Shown here one piece after another: positions 12,801 to 24,588 of a stretch of DNA of 63,244 bases. Source of the stretch: Aplysia californica (taxonomy: Eukaryota); contig NW_004797498.1 of the NCBI RefSeq assembly GCF_000002075.1, positions 473,904-537,147 of the forward strand. Direction: 5' to 3'. The notes below the pieces were generated by a model. That model saw nothing but the letters and a program-made list of their open reading frames with translations, did no database searches and had not been told where the DNA came from. The position numbers and the translations under genes are program-made. Positions within the stretch are counted from its first letter, which is position 1, and each line of letters begins with the position of its first letter.

Positions 12801-15800
12801 ACAAAGATTTTGAATTCTTGTATGTTGCTCAAGTTCTTGTATAAATATGCCTTTGACAAATCGCTCACCATCCCCTTGTGTTTGTTCACACAAAGAGCCT
12901 TTCTCCCCGAAGACGTTACAACAGAAACAGAGAATGTTAACCCTCTCATGACAGCTCTGTGGGGAATGACCCGATGTGTGCTGAAGGAACAAATCTACAC
13001 AAACTTCGCGAGCGTCGACCTTCACCTGCCCGAAGGAAAGCTCTGTCTAGACTTTGTCACATCAATTACCGACTTGATCCTCAGTGACGAGGCTCTCAAG
13101 GGCTACCCTGAGTTCATGGTCACGGAGAAAGACATTTTCGTGAACCAGTTCATTGCTGTGGAACCGGACACCGTAGTACCAACTTTTCGCCACAACTTTG
13201 CTGACACGTCGCAGAATGTAATATTTTTGAGCCGCGAGCCATCTGTTCTAACGGACAGTTTTGCTGTTTATCACAAACCCCAAGAGAAGGTAGAGCAAGC
13301 TTCATACATCAGCATTGATGTGTCCACAACAGCCTTCCAGAGCCCCCTGTTGTATAACATGACCATGCTCTATAGTACAATGGAAAAGAGGATATCGCAG
13401 AAAGGAAATGGGTATCCGTTGTTTGCTCTTGAGAACATAGGCACCGGCAATGCTCCAGTGAACGGTAAAAAACAAACTGACCACAAGGTGCCTCTCATTT
13501 CGTGCTATCCAGTTCCTACGGGAACCAAAATAAAAGTCCCTGCCTCCACCACAGTTACTGCAGACATGATTCCGGACTACGTGCCCGGAGATCTCTCCAG
13601 GCTTGTTTTGTTGTGGTGTCTTCAAGACCTGGTTCTCACGCCAACTGCAACAATCTTGGCTTCCTCTGCAACTGCGAAATTTGGAGAAGCTTTGCTGTGC
13701 ATGCTGATGAGCCGAAGGAAACCAAAACCTGTGCAAATGAACTTGGTGGTTGTTGAAGAACTCAATAATGTTGAGTCCATGGGAGAAACTGTGGTATCTT
13801 TGGTCCTCACAGAAGAGACCGTTGTTCCGATTCTGGCGAAAAGATGGCCAATGGCAAAACACTTCATAACGGTCTCCTCTTTGCTACAAGATTCAGCGCG
13901 AGCTCCGATTGCCTTCTTCCTGCCAAGCGTTCAGGTCGATCTACTTGACACGAACATGGTGTTCCACCCCCAGAATCTTGCTTCTACGGTACCCAAAGTG
14001 AAGAAGTGGATGAGAAAGCATGCATCTTTGATGAACAGGGTGGCAGGCTGTCTTCATAAAGCACCAAGCTCATATCCTGTGTTCAAAACAGCCGTTTCTG
14101 ATCTAGATGAACTGTTAGAAGTGCAGATCATCCAAATGAAGAGTCCATTGGTGCGTATGGAGAAATCAGAGCTGTTCCGCCAGGATGCCATTTACATAGT
14201 GGTCGGTGGCCTCACAGGGCTCGGTTGGCTCTTTGTTAAATTTTTGTCTAGCAACGGGGCAGGAAACATTGCTATTTTGAACAGGAGACAGGCTTCAGCG
14301 GAACAAAACAAGGACATCGAAGATCTGATAACAGCCGAAGATTGCAATATCAAGGCTTTCCAAGGGGATGTCACTAACCTGGATTCTCTGAAAACATCTT
14401 TCAAAAACATGCTTAATTCGTTCCGTGGCTCCGTGATAAAGGGGGTCTTTTTCGGTGCAGCTGTTGTGAACGATCAACTCCTTGTTGATGTTGATCCAAA
14501 AACATTCTCAAAGGTCCTGGCACCGAAAGTGATGGGTGTATGGAACTTGCATCAGCTAACAAAAGATCTTCCCCTAGACTATTTCATAATGCATTCCTCT
14601 ATCACCTCTGCCCTCGGTAATGCTGGGCAAGCCAACTACGGAGCTGGTAATGCTTTCATGGACGGCATTGCTCACTATCGCAGACACAAGAAACTCTCTG
14701 GGCAAAGTATCAACTGGGGAGCCCTGGATACAGGAATCCTTAGCAACTATACAGAAGCCAAGAAGTTTCTGGAAAACCAAGGTTTCATACTCATGACAGA
14801 GGAGGACATCACAGCTGTGATCATTCCCATTTTGTTATTAGACTGGGCACAGATTGTTCCTTGTACTTTCGACGAGGAAATTCTTGTCAAACGTGTGAAA
14901 AGAGACATGCTCGTGCCTTTTCAGTACAGGCTTATGTCAATGCTCGGGTCTGCAACAGAAGAAGTGAAAATTGAGGAGGATATTCTGCTCGCTCTGAAAA
15001 CAGCACGCGAATTGCCTCCAGACCAGCGAGTGGATGTTTACGAGCGATACGTCACAGCTTTGGCTACCCAGGTTCTTAGCGCCGAGGATGGAACCATCAA
15101 GACAGATACCAGCCTCATTGACATTGGGATGGACTCCATCGTTGGCATGACGATGATCAACCAGATCTACAAGGAACTTCACTGCAGACTACCTGCTATT
15201 GTCTTTATCACCAATGACCCCACCGTTCGCTCGATTGCCCAGGCGATTGATGATGTCTTGTCAGGAAAGATGGCGGAAGGTTCCGAATTCGGCCCTGACA
15301 TGGAACAGTTGGCCATAGCTGCAGCGGAAAATGAAAGTGGTGATGCCCCAATGAAGAAGGAAGAGGTACCCGCACTGCCTGCACCCCCTGAAAAGGTGAA
15401 AAGTTTCACAGCATCAGTGGTTGAGTCGAGCCAACTGGTGATATACAAACGCCATCCGAGGAAGTCGTACCTACACGGGATTGTTGATGTGGAGCTTCCC
15501 AAAGCGCGCCAAGATCCCGAAGCGCTAAAACTTGCAATCATTAAAGTCTTGGAGATGCACCCAGCTGCTTGTTTTGCCTTTAAAGAAGACAGTTCTAAGA
15601 GAAATACCATTTTCAACTTTGAAAAGAAAATTCTCTCACCTGAAGAAGCTATGGACTTCCGTGTGATGCCTTCTACCGAGGAGAATCTGCAGCAGTATTG
15701 TGAAGAAGTTTTTGAGTTCAAAGGAAAGGGACCTATGAGGTTTATCATGCGACAAGGGAACCGAGCTCTGGTAAGAATCGTTTTCCACAAAGCAGTCTTC

Positions 15801-16769
15801 GATTTTCGATCGGTGCACTCATTTGTGAAAGACTTGTCCGCCATCCTTCATTCCGAGGATAACAAACCCCCAACTGAGAAGATTCAACCAGACAAATATA
15901 TCATCCGACAAGATGACCTGAGCACTGAACTGAACAAAGTGTATAAGTCAAAATCGGAAGCTCTAACCCATTTTTGGGCAAAAACATTAAACCACGACGT
16001 TGGAAACACTTCTCTGAAGGCTCATAAGATACAGTATCCTCCAAAACCACTGGAAGCAACGAATGCTGCGCAGCGCATTCTGCTTTCGCCTGACCTCACT
16101 CGTAAACTCACGGCCTTTATACGCACCCACAAAGTTTCACTCTTGGGCATAGTGGCCAGCTGCTACCAGATTCTTCTTCACGTCCTCACTGGAAAATCAA
16201 CATTAAGCCTGATCTTCCCCGTGGACCTCCGACGCTTCAACAAGGACATTAGCGGGAATGTTGGGAACTTTTCCAACGAGATTCCTCTGCCTGTGACACT
16301 TGATTCCACCACTAAACTTACCCTCGTTGAGTTTATAGTGGCCAACAACAACAAGGTACAGCAACACATTGACCATGGAATGCTACCTTTCACTTACTTT
16401 CAAAGTCTGGCCGAGAGAGTGATGGAGGTGTTTCATCAGAGCCCACACGGTATCTGCATTGAAATGACATCGCCAGAGAATATTCAATATGTGATGAGCA
16501 AAACAACTCACCAGCCTCCTGTGCTTCCTATTGGTATGGAGACAAACTTGTTTGTACAGCACCACTTGCACTCAGGGATTGTCTCCCTCGATCTGGGCTA
16601 CAAAACGTGCCTCATGAGTGGAGCAAAAGCGGAAGTCCTCCTGAAAAACATGGCGGCTCTCCTTACTTGCGTAGTGGACAAGCCCAAACTGCAATTGGGA
16701 AACATGAAAAAATATACCGACGACCTGGACACTAATTTTGATACAAAAGGATCATGCACCATTTTGTAG
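1552..16769 (+). CDS. Iterative type I polyketide synthase KS-AT-DH-psiKR-psiER-KR-ACP-C(CaaX); 6 exons in window, 5'-partial; join(1552..1715,2339..2499,4026..4229,4902..5083,5879..6053,9934..16769)
   Basis: Exons sum to 7722 nt (2573 aa plus stop). All introns are GT-AG, with matching phases 2,1,1,0,1. Motifs: MDPQQR, DTACSS, EAHGTGT, KTNVGHLE, NSFGFGGTN, GQSVG, HIVSGMLIIP, GGLTGLG, YGAGN, IGMDS. The start exon (IAIVG-type motif) was not found. Confidence 0.95.
2014..2192 (-). mobile_element. tRNA-derived SINE
   Basis: The reverse strand has an A/B-box-like head (tagcggtcagg...gagttctattcc) and aligns by eye with the copy at 31320-31480. Confidence 0.6.
2339..2499 (+). CDS. PKS exon (KS: DPKAFDNKLFNINDFEADQMDPQQRFVLE...TGVYVG)
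   Basis: Acceptor tttccag|T, donor G|gtacgt; MDPQQR motif. Not shown in this frame by the ORF track. Confidence 0.93.
2520..3130 (-). mobile_element. 3' fragment of a non-LTR retrotransposon ORF2 in a PKS intron
   Basis: Minus-strand peptide LNRIGSAPDDTCPRCCVSPDDLRHALFE resembles the C-terminal CCHC knuckle of LINE ORF2; interrupted by stops. Confidence 0.55.
4026..4229 (+). CDS. PKS exon with KS catalytic Cys (DTACSS; Cys codon 4178..4180)
   Basis: Acceptor tttcag|GA, donor G|gtaaac; [28 protein letters not shown]. Confidence 0.95.
4902..5083 (+). CDS. PKS exon (KS: GDCDLALCGG...ADGYTRGEGCGMVILKRLKD)
   Basis: Acceptor ctacctag|GT, donor GAC|gtaagt. Confidence 0.95.
5879..6053 (+). CDS. 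PKS exon (KS: ALRDGDHIWA...NQDG...IDYIEAHG; first catalytic His)
   Basis: Acceptor ttgccag|GCG, donor G|gtaaga; joins the next exon to give EAHGTGT. Confidence 0.95.
6721..6807. repeat. (CAT)29 microsatellite
   Basis: Perfect trinucleotide run inside a PKS intron. Confidence 0.97.
7200..7880. mobile_element. Putative MITE
   Basis: Inverted ends tctttgggggggcta / tagccccccctcaaaga. Internal aaaatccaatatggccgcc motif is also seen near the Academ end. Confidence 0.4.
9620..9810 (+). mobile_element. SINE body/tail (Deu/Nin-domain-like gttaaagatccc core)
   Basis: Homologous to the inverted copy at ~37640-37810; shares a 3' tail with repeats at 33670-33780 and 45810-45960. Confidence 0.5.
9934..16769 (+). 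CDS. PKS terminal 6.8-kb exon: KS end, AT (~10580-11530), DH (~11670-12500), psiKR (~12530-13170), degenerate ER (~13230-14140), KR (~14190-14730), ACP (~15030-15260), C-like domain (~15400-16710), CaaX
   Basis: Uninterrupted ORF with acceptor ttcaaag|GT. AT Ser 10845, DH His 11757 and Asp 12270, KR Tyr 14637, ACP Ser 15135, C motif 15786..15806. Domain edges are approximate. Confidence 0.95.
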
Positions 16770-16926
16770 AAAACAAAACAAAATAAGACAAACTAACAAA
16801 AAAAGAGAAAGAAGGATAGAAAGAAAATAAAAAGACAGAAAGATGAAAAGACCCCCCAAAAAATCATCAAACGTAAAAAAAATGAAGGGGGGTTGGGGTG
16901 GGGTCGTTATCTACAAGAGAGTATTC

Positions 16927-16932
16927 AATAAA
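16927..16932 (+). terminator. Candidate polyadenylation signal for the PKS
   Basis: AATAAA about 160 nt after the stop. The true 3' end may lie further downstream, since 16.8-20.9 kb is AT-rich and poor in recognisable transposons. Confidence 0.3.
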
Positions 16933-19900
16933 CCAAGAATGAAGGCAGAGCTGAATATCCTCTATTAGAACTTCGGTTATGTTGCTTGTTTCTGGAATAT
17001 CAAATGCACTCACGTTAAAGCTTGACTGAGATATTCCTTCGCAGATGTTTTCTCCCTTTCCAGTACAGATATCAAAATCGTCAAGTGGGTTTTTTAATTT
17101 TTAAAAATTGCTCTTAAGTTCATATCTCTTTGATGAACCCCAAAAATGAAGACTTGGTGGGGTTCTGTTTCTGTATTTTGTTCTGTCCTCTTGTACCGTA
17201 AGGTGTCGATTAGATTTGGCAGGGTGCATGTTCCCGTTTAACACATCATTGAAAAGTGAGTTGAGCGAGTTCATGTCTATATCTTAATACTTATAACTGA
17301 TATGTGAATGGCACTTAGAGATAGCGGTGTAGTAACAGACTCAAGTGCAATGTGTCTCCTTGGGAACTAAACTGGGATGAGGAAAAGAACCCATCTGACT
17401 GCCAAGGGAATTATTATAAAGTCACAATGAGTCTTTAGCGGGCGCAGCTAGAAACGTTATCTCTATATACTATTTATGTAAGTTTAGACTCCAAGATTTA
17501 TGCACAAGCTCTTTTCACAATTTACTACTGCCCCTCCCGGAGAAGAATGAGTTTTATAAATTCATAAAATGTGAATGTTGTTGAAAATTCGAGCATATGA
17601 TTACTCATCACACAGGATTGTGTGTACAGCTTTCGTTCCTGTTGCTCTAGCAGCACAGTCTTGTAGTGGTTCGTAAGCGGAATAGTCATCAGTTCGAAAG
17701 ATAAGTTTTATTATGCGGAATGCTACATTCGTTTTCTTTCATCGAAAAATGTTGGTTATGATATACATATACTTTGCTTCTTACTTTATCTTGCAGTGTA
17801 CCGTACGCTTAAGGGACTTGAGTCGCCGATAGGAAGTAAAGCCTATAAAGATCATACTATCAATGTGAACTCTTGTTATCATTGTAATGACATAGGTTTT
17901 TGTCAGTGACTGACTAAGTTATACTGGTGAAGACAATGGTTTTGGTGCATGAATAACAATGATTGTTTACAGGGACAAGAGGGCGAGACATGGTGTATAA
18001 AACAGCTGGTTTTGGGTGTGTGTTTACCAACAATGTTTACAATACATGTATTATTCCCCCCTTCCCCGTTGTTTAAGCTTATGTATGATGCACAAACAAT
18101 CTCTTTGTCCTGAGTTCAAATACGTTTACATGTCCATGTAACCAACGTCTGTTTTCTTTTCTCTTTAAAAAAATTCCTTTTCGACTTGTTTTTTTTTTAT
18201 ATTCCTGCCATGTTTCTACAATGTTGAACCTTAGATTGCTGTCAGTTCCTATTGATGAGCACTTCACGGACTCTGTATACAGTGAACTTGGCGGTAGATG
18301 TATATTTGACGACCCAATCTTAAAATAAATTTAAGACGTCATTTTTACATAACATTACAACGACCCATATTATGTGGTCCCGTTAAAAAGAAGGGGGGTG
18401 GGGAGGGGGATGTGCGTAGTAAGTCTAGTTAGTTCCGAATGGAGAGCTTTACTAGACTATTACCTTCTTTATTTTCATGAGATTTAATATAATGTTTAGG
18501 GGATGTGTTGAAAACTTTGTTTTTGTTGATCCCCCTTCTGTTGCACTGTATATTAGAAGGACAGTTGGGTATTGTTCAAATGATTTTTTAAAAAAAAGGA
18601 TAAATGGTTTGAAGTTTGTTCGTTTTGTTTTGTTTTCTTTTATAATTGTGTCCATAATTCTTGTAAAGCCTACTCTGCAGCTCCACGACAGAATCTCTTA
18701 TTTCGTAGTACTGTCAAAGAATGTATAATATTCACAAAATAACCCACCTTTCTATGTGATACAAAAAAAAAAGAAAGAAAAGAAAGAACCCCCCCCCCCC
18801 CCCACCTTTCTCAAAACAACAGCATCAAAAAGATTACAATTAACGCTCTCAATAGTACTGGTACCGACATCTATTATTATTATTGTTGCTCACAGGATAC
18901 TACATTGTTTATACTGAAGGGCTTACCTGGGGCAAAAACAACAGGAATAAGAGCAAAGATGGTGCTTAATGCCCTGTATTCAAGAAGCAAAATTATTACC
19001 ACCGGTCTTCATCAGCACCCTTGACAGCCCATCTATTTGACAGCCTATTTTTTTAGCGTTCGAACCATCTTGCAGTATACAATTTTGGGTCTCTGATATA
19101 GCTCTGAAGTAAATAGGTAGTTATCCCTTGATATAATTATTACAATTGTTGGCTCACATATTGCATAACCAAGATATCATGAATTATATTAGCCTGCGTG
19201 TAGGCATATACATTGTCTAGCACGCCCATAGCGAAATCGGTAGAACGCGGAAGTCGTTTCATTATGCACGAATTGTCTTGTGTATGCGTTTTAAATACGA
19301 AAAATATACTCGTGTAAAAGAAAAAATTCCGGCCTTTAAAATCTATTCGTTTTGTGTGTGCATTTCGCTATGTGCGTATATATGATATGTGACAACATAT
19401 AAACTGATATGAAAACAAGCATTGATGTGGTACAATTGAAGTCGCAAAGTAACATGCAAATGTTTATGTTTGTGGCTCATACTTGCTATCTAACATTGTT
19501 TTTATTTGTTTGCATTGGTGTCATCTTTACCCACTCTTGTGCGTTTTATTATTTTTTATTCTTGTGAATGTACGACAATACACAAAATTGGCCGTACAAC
19601 TAATTTTTATGAGTTCTCATTGTATCACATTTTTTAAAGATTAATTTCTTTTATCTCTGTTGTTCATTCATTTTCGTTTTTGTAAATGACCCATCCTAAG
19701 TGTCAAACTTACAGTAAATGAGGAATTATATACTGTCGTTTGAATTGAAAACATAAGAACGAACAAACTCACATTTCGTTGCAAATTGGGAAGAAAATTC
19801 CAACTTTTTCTGTTCAAATTGTCCAGTCTCATTATGTTTGCGTATTCATTGAATACAAAGACACAATAGAAACCCAAGACAGAAATATATTAAAGGGAAT

Positions 19901-22786
19901 TTTCATTTGATTCGAACTTGACAGCAAAAGTCAATTTCACTCGTTAACATTTGTACGCATATACTATATTTTTCTTTCAAAATGCAGTATGGCTGGTGAC
20001 TCTTTTCTTTTCAATGATTACATTATATCTAAATTAAAATGTATTAAGTCGTTGTCCGCAATACTGCAAGTATTGAGTTTTATGATTGTCCTCAAACACG
20101 ACTGCGTCATTTCAACACCATTTAATATTGCAGCTTTGTCATATCAATACACGTCCACCGGTATCTTGCGCGATTCGTAAAAACCCAGTCAGATTCAAGA
20201 TCACCATAGACATAGTGTTTGTAGGATTTGTTTTAAAGGAGTACAGTACATCCAAGTACATTGTATACGGGTGATTCATGTTTGTCGAAGTAGGAGGAGT
20301 CGACACCGAGCCGTGCTTATCATTCTGTAATAAGGTCGTCTCGGTTGACACCATTTGACGTGTTAACATTCGACATCAGAATATCACTGTGCATCTTAGC
20401 GTACAAGAAGTACGCTAGGCTGTGTATACAATATGGTATAGTAAGTTCCACTCGAATGTCCAAGTCAGATAAGAAGTCAAAGGTCGAATTTTTCCATCTA
20501 GAACAAATAGCATTACTACCTATCGACTATTATTGTAAGCACATCCTTTACAGAACATGGACAGGCAGCACGGAAGCCTGGAATGTTTGTCTGACGCTTT
20601 GGTTCAGCTCTGATTTCTTTTGTACTGTAATGGATTCTGTTTGAGTGTCTTTTCTCACTTGGTTTCCATTTTTCTTTCAAACGAGGAGTGGGGGGTGGGG
20701 GGGGGGGGGGGGGAAGAGCAGTTGATGTATTTTGGGTGGTGAGGGTGGGGAATGGTAAGCAACAAAAGACATTTTGAACGGCATGATGAATTAGGGAGTA
20801 TAAATTCTTCGCAAAACTCAATGGTCGTATTATAGTTATGCAGGCCACGACAGCAGTATACTATAGTACATTCATCTGTAGGCCAAATAAAGATTGAGGG
20901 TATAAAAAGCCCCTACTAACTGCTGTTCCGTTTTGTGTTGTTTTCTTTTGGCGTTGGGTTTCTTTTCTTTTCTTTTAAGAATATTTCGCGCAGAAATAAA
21001 ACCCCACAGGACCAACTGATTATCACTATTTGAACTACATTACAAGTAATCCCCAGTTCAAAGCCCCAGTTTGAAAAAGGAGAGGTACCCCAGGACATCA
21101 ATAGGGCCCGGCCATTTTGTGCACGAGAAAATGCAAGATCAACAGTTAGAAAAAATAGACAGAAAGAAGGGAATGTCTTGCACACCTTCACCGTCTGTTG
21201 AAGGATTCATTGCTTTTGACCCTGTGGGCTCAGTTTTCACTGACATGGAAGTACTAGAACAGCCAAACCTTGTTATGTCACCAGTACTCACAACCACAGG
21301 GCCGAGCATGAGGTTGGCAGAAGAGCAGGGCTCACATTTTAACCAACGATTTTCTACTACGGCGCATGTACCAAGATATTCCACTTCCTCTTTGGGCTTT
21401 TGTCCGCGCCGTGGAGGGCTCGCTTTGACGCGTAGCGCGTGATGGGCTACGTCACTAGGCGACGCGAGGTTGGTTTAATCGNNNNNNNNNNNNNNNNNNN
21501 NNNNNNNNNNNNNNNNNNNNNNNNNNNNNNNNNNNNNNNNNNNNNNNNNNNNNNNNNNNNNNNNNNNNNNNNNNNNNNNNNNNNNNNNNNNNNNNNNNNN
21601 NNNNNNNNNNNNNNNNNNNNNNNNNNNNNNNNNNNNNNNNNNNNNNNNNNNNNNNNNNNNNNNNNNNNNNNNNNNNNNNNNNNNNNNNNNNNNNNNNNNN
21701 NNNNCTTTGTTTGGGGAGGAAAAGAGGAGGTATAGAATGGCACATGCTAAATCTATAGAACGAGAATTGCTGAGATTGTTTAAATAATAACAGATAACAT
21801 AAATTAACACACACATAAAAACAAAGGGGAAAGGGTTGGGGTTGGGAGGGTGGATGAGAAGGAAGAAAAGAAAACTAAAAATCAACAAACAAAAACGAGG
21901 CAAGTTATAATCATGTAATTATTTTAAGCGGCAAGATGTTCACTGATTGAACTCATATTGCTGTGTTGTCATTTCATATTGCAACGATGGTTAAAGTGTC
22001 GTAGTTAGTCTAGCTCGTTATCCCTCTCGGGCTACTCCATAAGCAGTCGCAAGCTTTGATTAAGTAAGCTTAAAATGAGGCTGGAAGAGTCTATCAATAG
22101 AGTTGAAGAGAACATGTGTATAGCAGTCAAAACTGTTTCATTGCCACATATACCCTGTTCACCCCTTTGGGGCCACAGTTAGAAGCAATCACAAACTCTG
22201 ATTATGTAAGCTAACTAACACTGGTCGAGTCTACCTCACAAATATGAGGGTAACTAACTCCTAATAATATCTCGACTGCTAGCTGCAAGTGCTTGTTTTT
22301 TTCCCTCGACTTTTTACAGTCCTATAATCAGATCGTGACCTCGATTATGACACCAGCTCCTGGCCGCGAAAGGCTAGACAAAAACAGCCAAATGTGAAAT
22401 TTAAAAAATGATAATTGTCATGTTCTACCAAAGAGTTAGACTCACTGGTAGATCTATAACATATAGATCTAGTACTGACATCTCTGTTTCTTTGCTTTGT
22501 GTTTGTGTATTCACATCTAAAGTTAAATTTAATTTTAGTTGGAATTGATATTTAATAAGATACTTTCCCGATTATTTTGGCGGTTGAACATACAATATGA
22601 ATTCCGGATTTGTTTTCATTCACAACTCAGAGTCGCCGCCTCGAGTAAGATTCTTGTGTGATATCTACAGGCAATATCTGGTCCCATTTCACTTTGATTA
22701 CCCTTTCAAACAAGTCAGCTTTCGCCCCTGAATGTTCGGCTGGGTTTGGGTTTGTACACACACGCACACACTGCGCGCGCGCACAT

Positions 22787-22835
22787 ACAGAGAGAGAGGA
22801 GGGAGGGAGCGAGAGAGATAGAAGAGAGGGAGAGA

Positions 22836-22906
<71 letters not shown>
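22787..22906. repeat. (GA)n microsatellite
   Basis: Direct reading; similar runs at ~23300-23375 and 34733-34812. Confidence 0.95.
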
Positions 22907-22909
<3 letters not shown>

Positions 22910-23337
22910 GGGGGGGGGCACTCGAGATATCAGCTATAATAAATACATAATAATAAATATACTTAAACCACCTAGGAAAGACAGTTTTTTAAAACTTAGA
23001 TCGTGTATAGCAAGGTTCAATTGCCCTATCTTGCGTCGCGCGAGACCTGGGCGGGCCCTTGTGATAACGCGTGACGGCCCGTGATACGAGCGTAAAACAA
23101 ACGTTCCAGCGCTCTTGAGTTGAACGCATGCNNNNNNNNNNNNNNNNNNNNNNNNNNNNNNNNNNNNNNNNNNNNNNNNNNNNNNNNNNNNNNNNNNNNN
23201 NNNNNNNNNNNNNNNNNNNNNNNNNNNNNNNNNNNNNNNNNNNNNNNNNNNNNNNNNNNNNNNNNNNNNNNNNNNNNNNNNNNNNNNNNNNNNNNNNNTA
23301 TAGAGAGCGAGAGAGAGAAGTGGGGTGGAGAAAGAGG

Positions 23338-23383
<46 letters not shown>

Positions 23384-24588
23384 AGGGTGTTTGTTATTTT
23401 AATAAGAATAATTGTTTCCTGTCATTTTCTCTCCGCGTCGGTTTTCAGGCTAACCCGGTGCTATGCAGTCATTATTGTACACATATGACCAGTCTCATCT
23501 TCTGAATCCCGCCTCGCCTTCTGTTTCCCATCTCTCATCTCTGTTTCCCATGTACCGTATCCAATTTTCCCCTTCCCATATCCCAACTTTAATTCTGTAA
23601 GCGCTCTGTTCAACCACATGTTTTCAACAGCTTGATTTAATACTGTTTAAATAGGAACCAAGGTTTGGTCTCCACGAGATTTCTATGATGTATCCTCTTC
23701 GGAAGCGAGTTTATTTTTACTTTCCCTAATTTACAATTCAACCAGCACAACTACAGCCCCCGCAGAGAAAATGGAGGCTTCGGGATGGAGTCTCTTTTCT
23801 GGTGTGTACTGTTTGAGGGCAGGGCGGCGGCGCCCACAGCAGAGTCCGATTTAGAGCCGTCTGTGAAGATCAGCTCTGCATCTGGGTTTTTAAAAAGAAA
23901 AGGTTTTTGTATGCGGCTTTAAATTGTTTTGGTTTTTGTGCTTGCTTTATTGTGTGTGGTGAGTTCTAAGTCTACTTTTGCCTTGGTGAGGTGCAACGGA
24001 GGGAAGTCGGTGAAAAGAAATAAATTGTTCAATGTCTTTTTTGGAAAAGTCTAAGTTTTTGAGGTCTTCAAAGACTCTCAGACTCTCAGTCTGAAAGGTT
24101 TGATGAGTTTGTCATTGTTTTTGAATATATGTTTATTGTGTCTGGGTGTGTTCCAAAAATGCTGGATTTTCTTGTTGCGTACTGTAGTGAGAGTTGTGTT
24201 TGTCTGAATTTTAGTAACGGTGTGTTTGCCTAGGCGTGGAGGCTCTCCACTGGAGAAGTGCGGAAAACTCTCAAGGTGAGGCAGAGTCCTTGTTTTTGTA
24301 CGGGTTCTAGAATTTTCAGGATAATATACGTTTTTGCCGTTTCGTAGACCTGACAGCCGTAGTCAAACCTGGATCGGACAAGGGAACAGTACAAAAGGTG
24401 AAGAAGGTGTTTTGAGTCCTGCGCTCTACTCCGGATGGAATAGAATTTTTAAAGCGTTTAAAGTTATGTAAGCTTTCTGGCACCTCACACGAAAGTCTTT
24501 TATGTGTGGAATGAAAGTAAGTTTGTTTTATAGAATATTATTCCAAGGAAACGAGTCTGACCCCGGGCGGGAATCCTTTCTCTGTATA

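Noticed and set aside
10778-16571. Many short overlapping and antisense ORFs within the PKS exon
   Set aside because: Shadow frames of a long coding exon with no independent motifs.
1552-16769. Bacterial or fungal contamination as the source of the PKS; classification as a fatty acid synthase or PKS-NRPS hybrid
   Set aside because: The long spliceosomal introns hold SINEs shared with the rest of the window. There is no TE or intact ER (not FAS) and no adenylation or PCP domain (not a full hybrid).
22658-23505. Poly-ER/RE ORFs
   Set aside because: Translations of (GA)n repeats and an N-gap.
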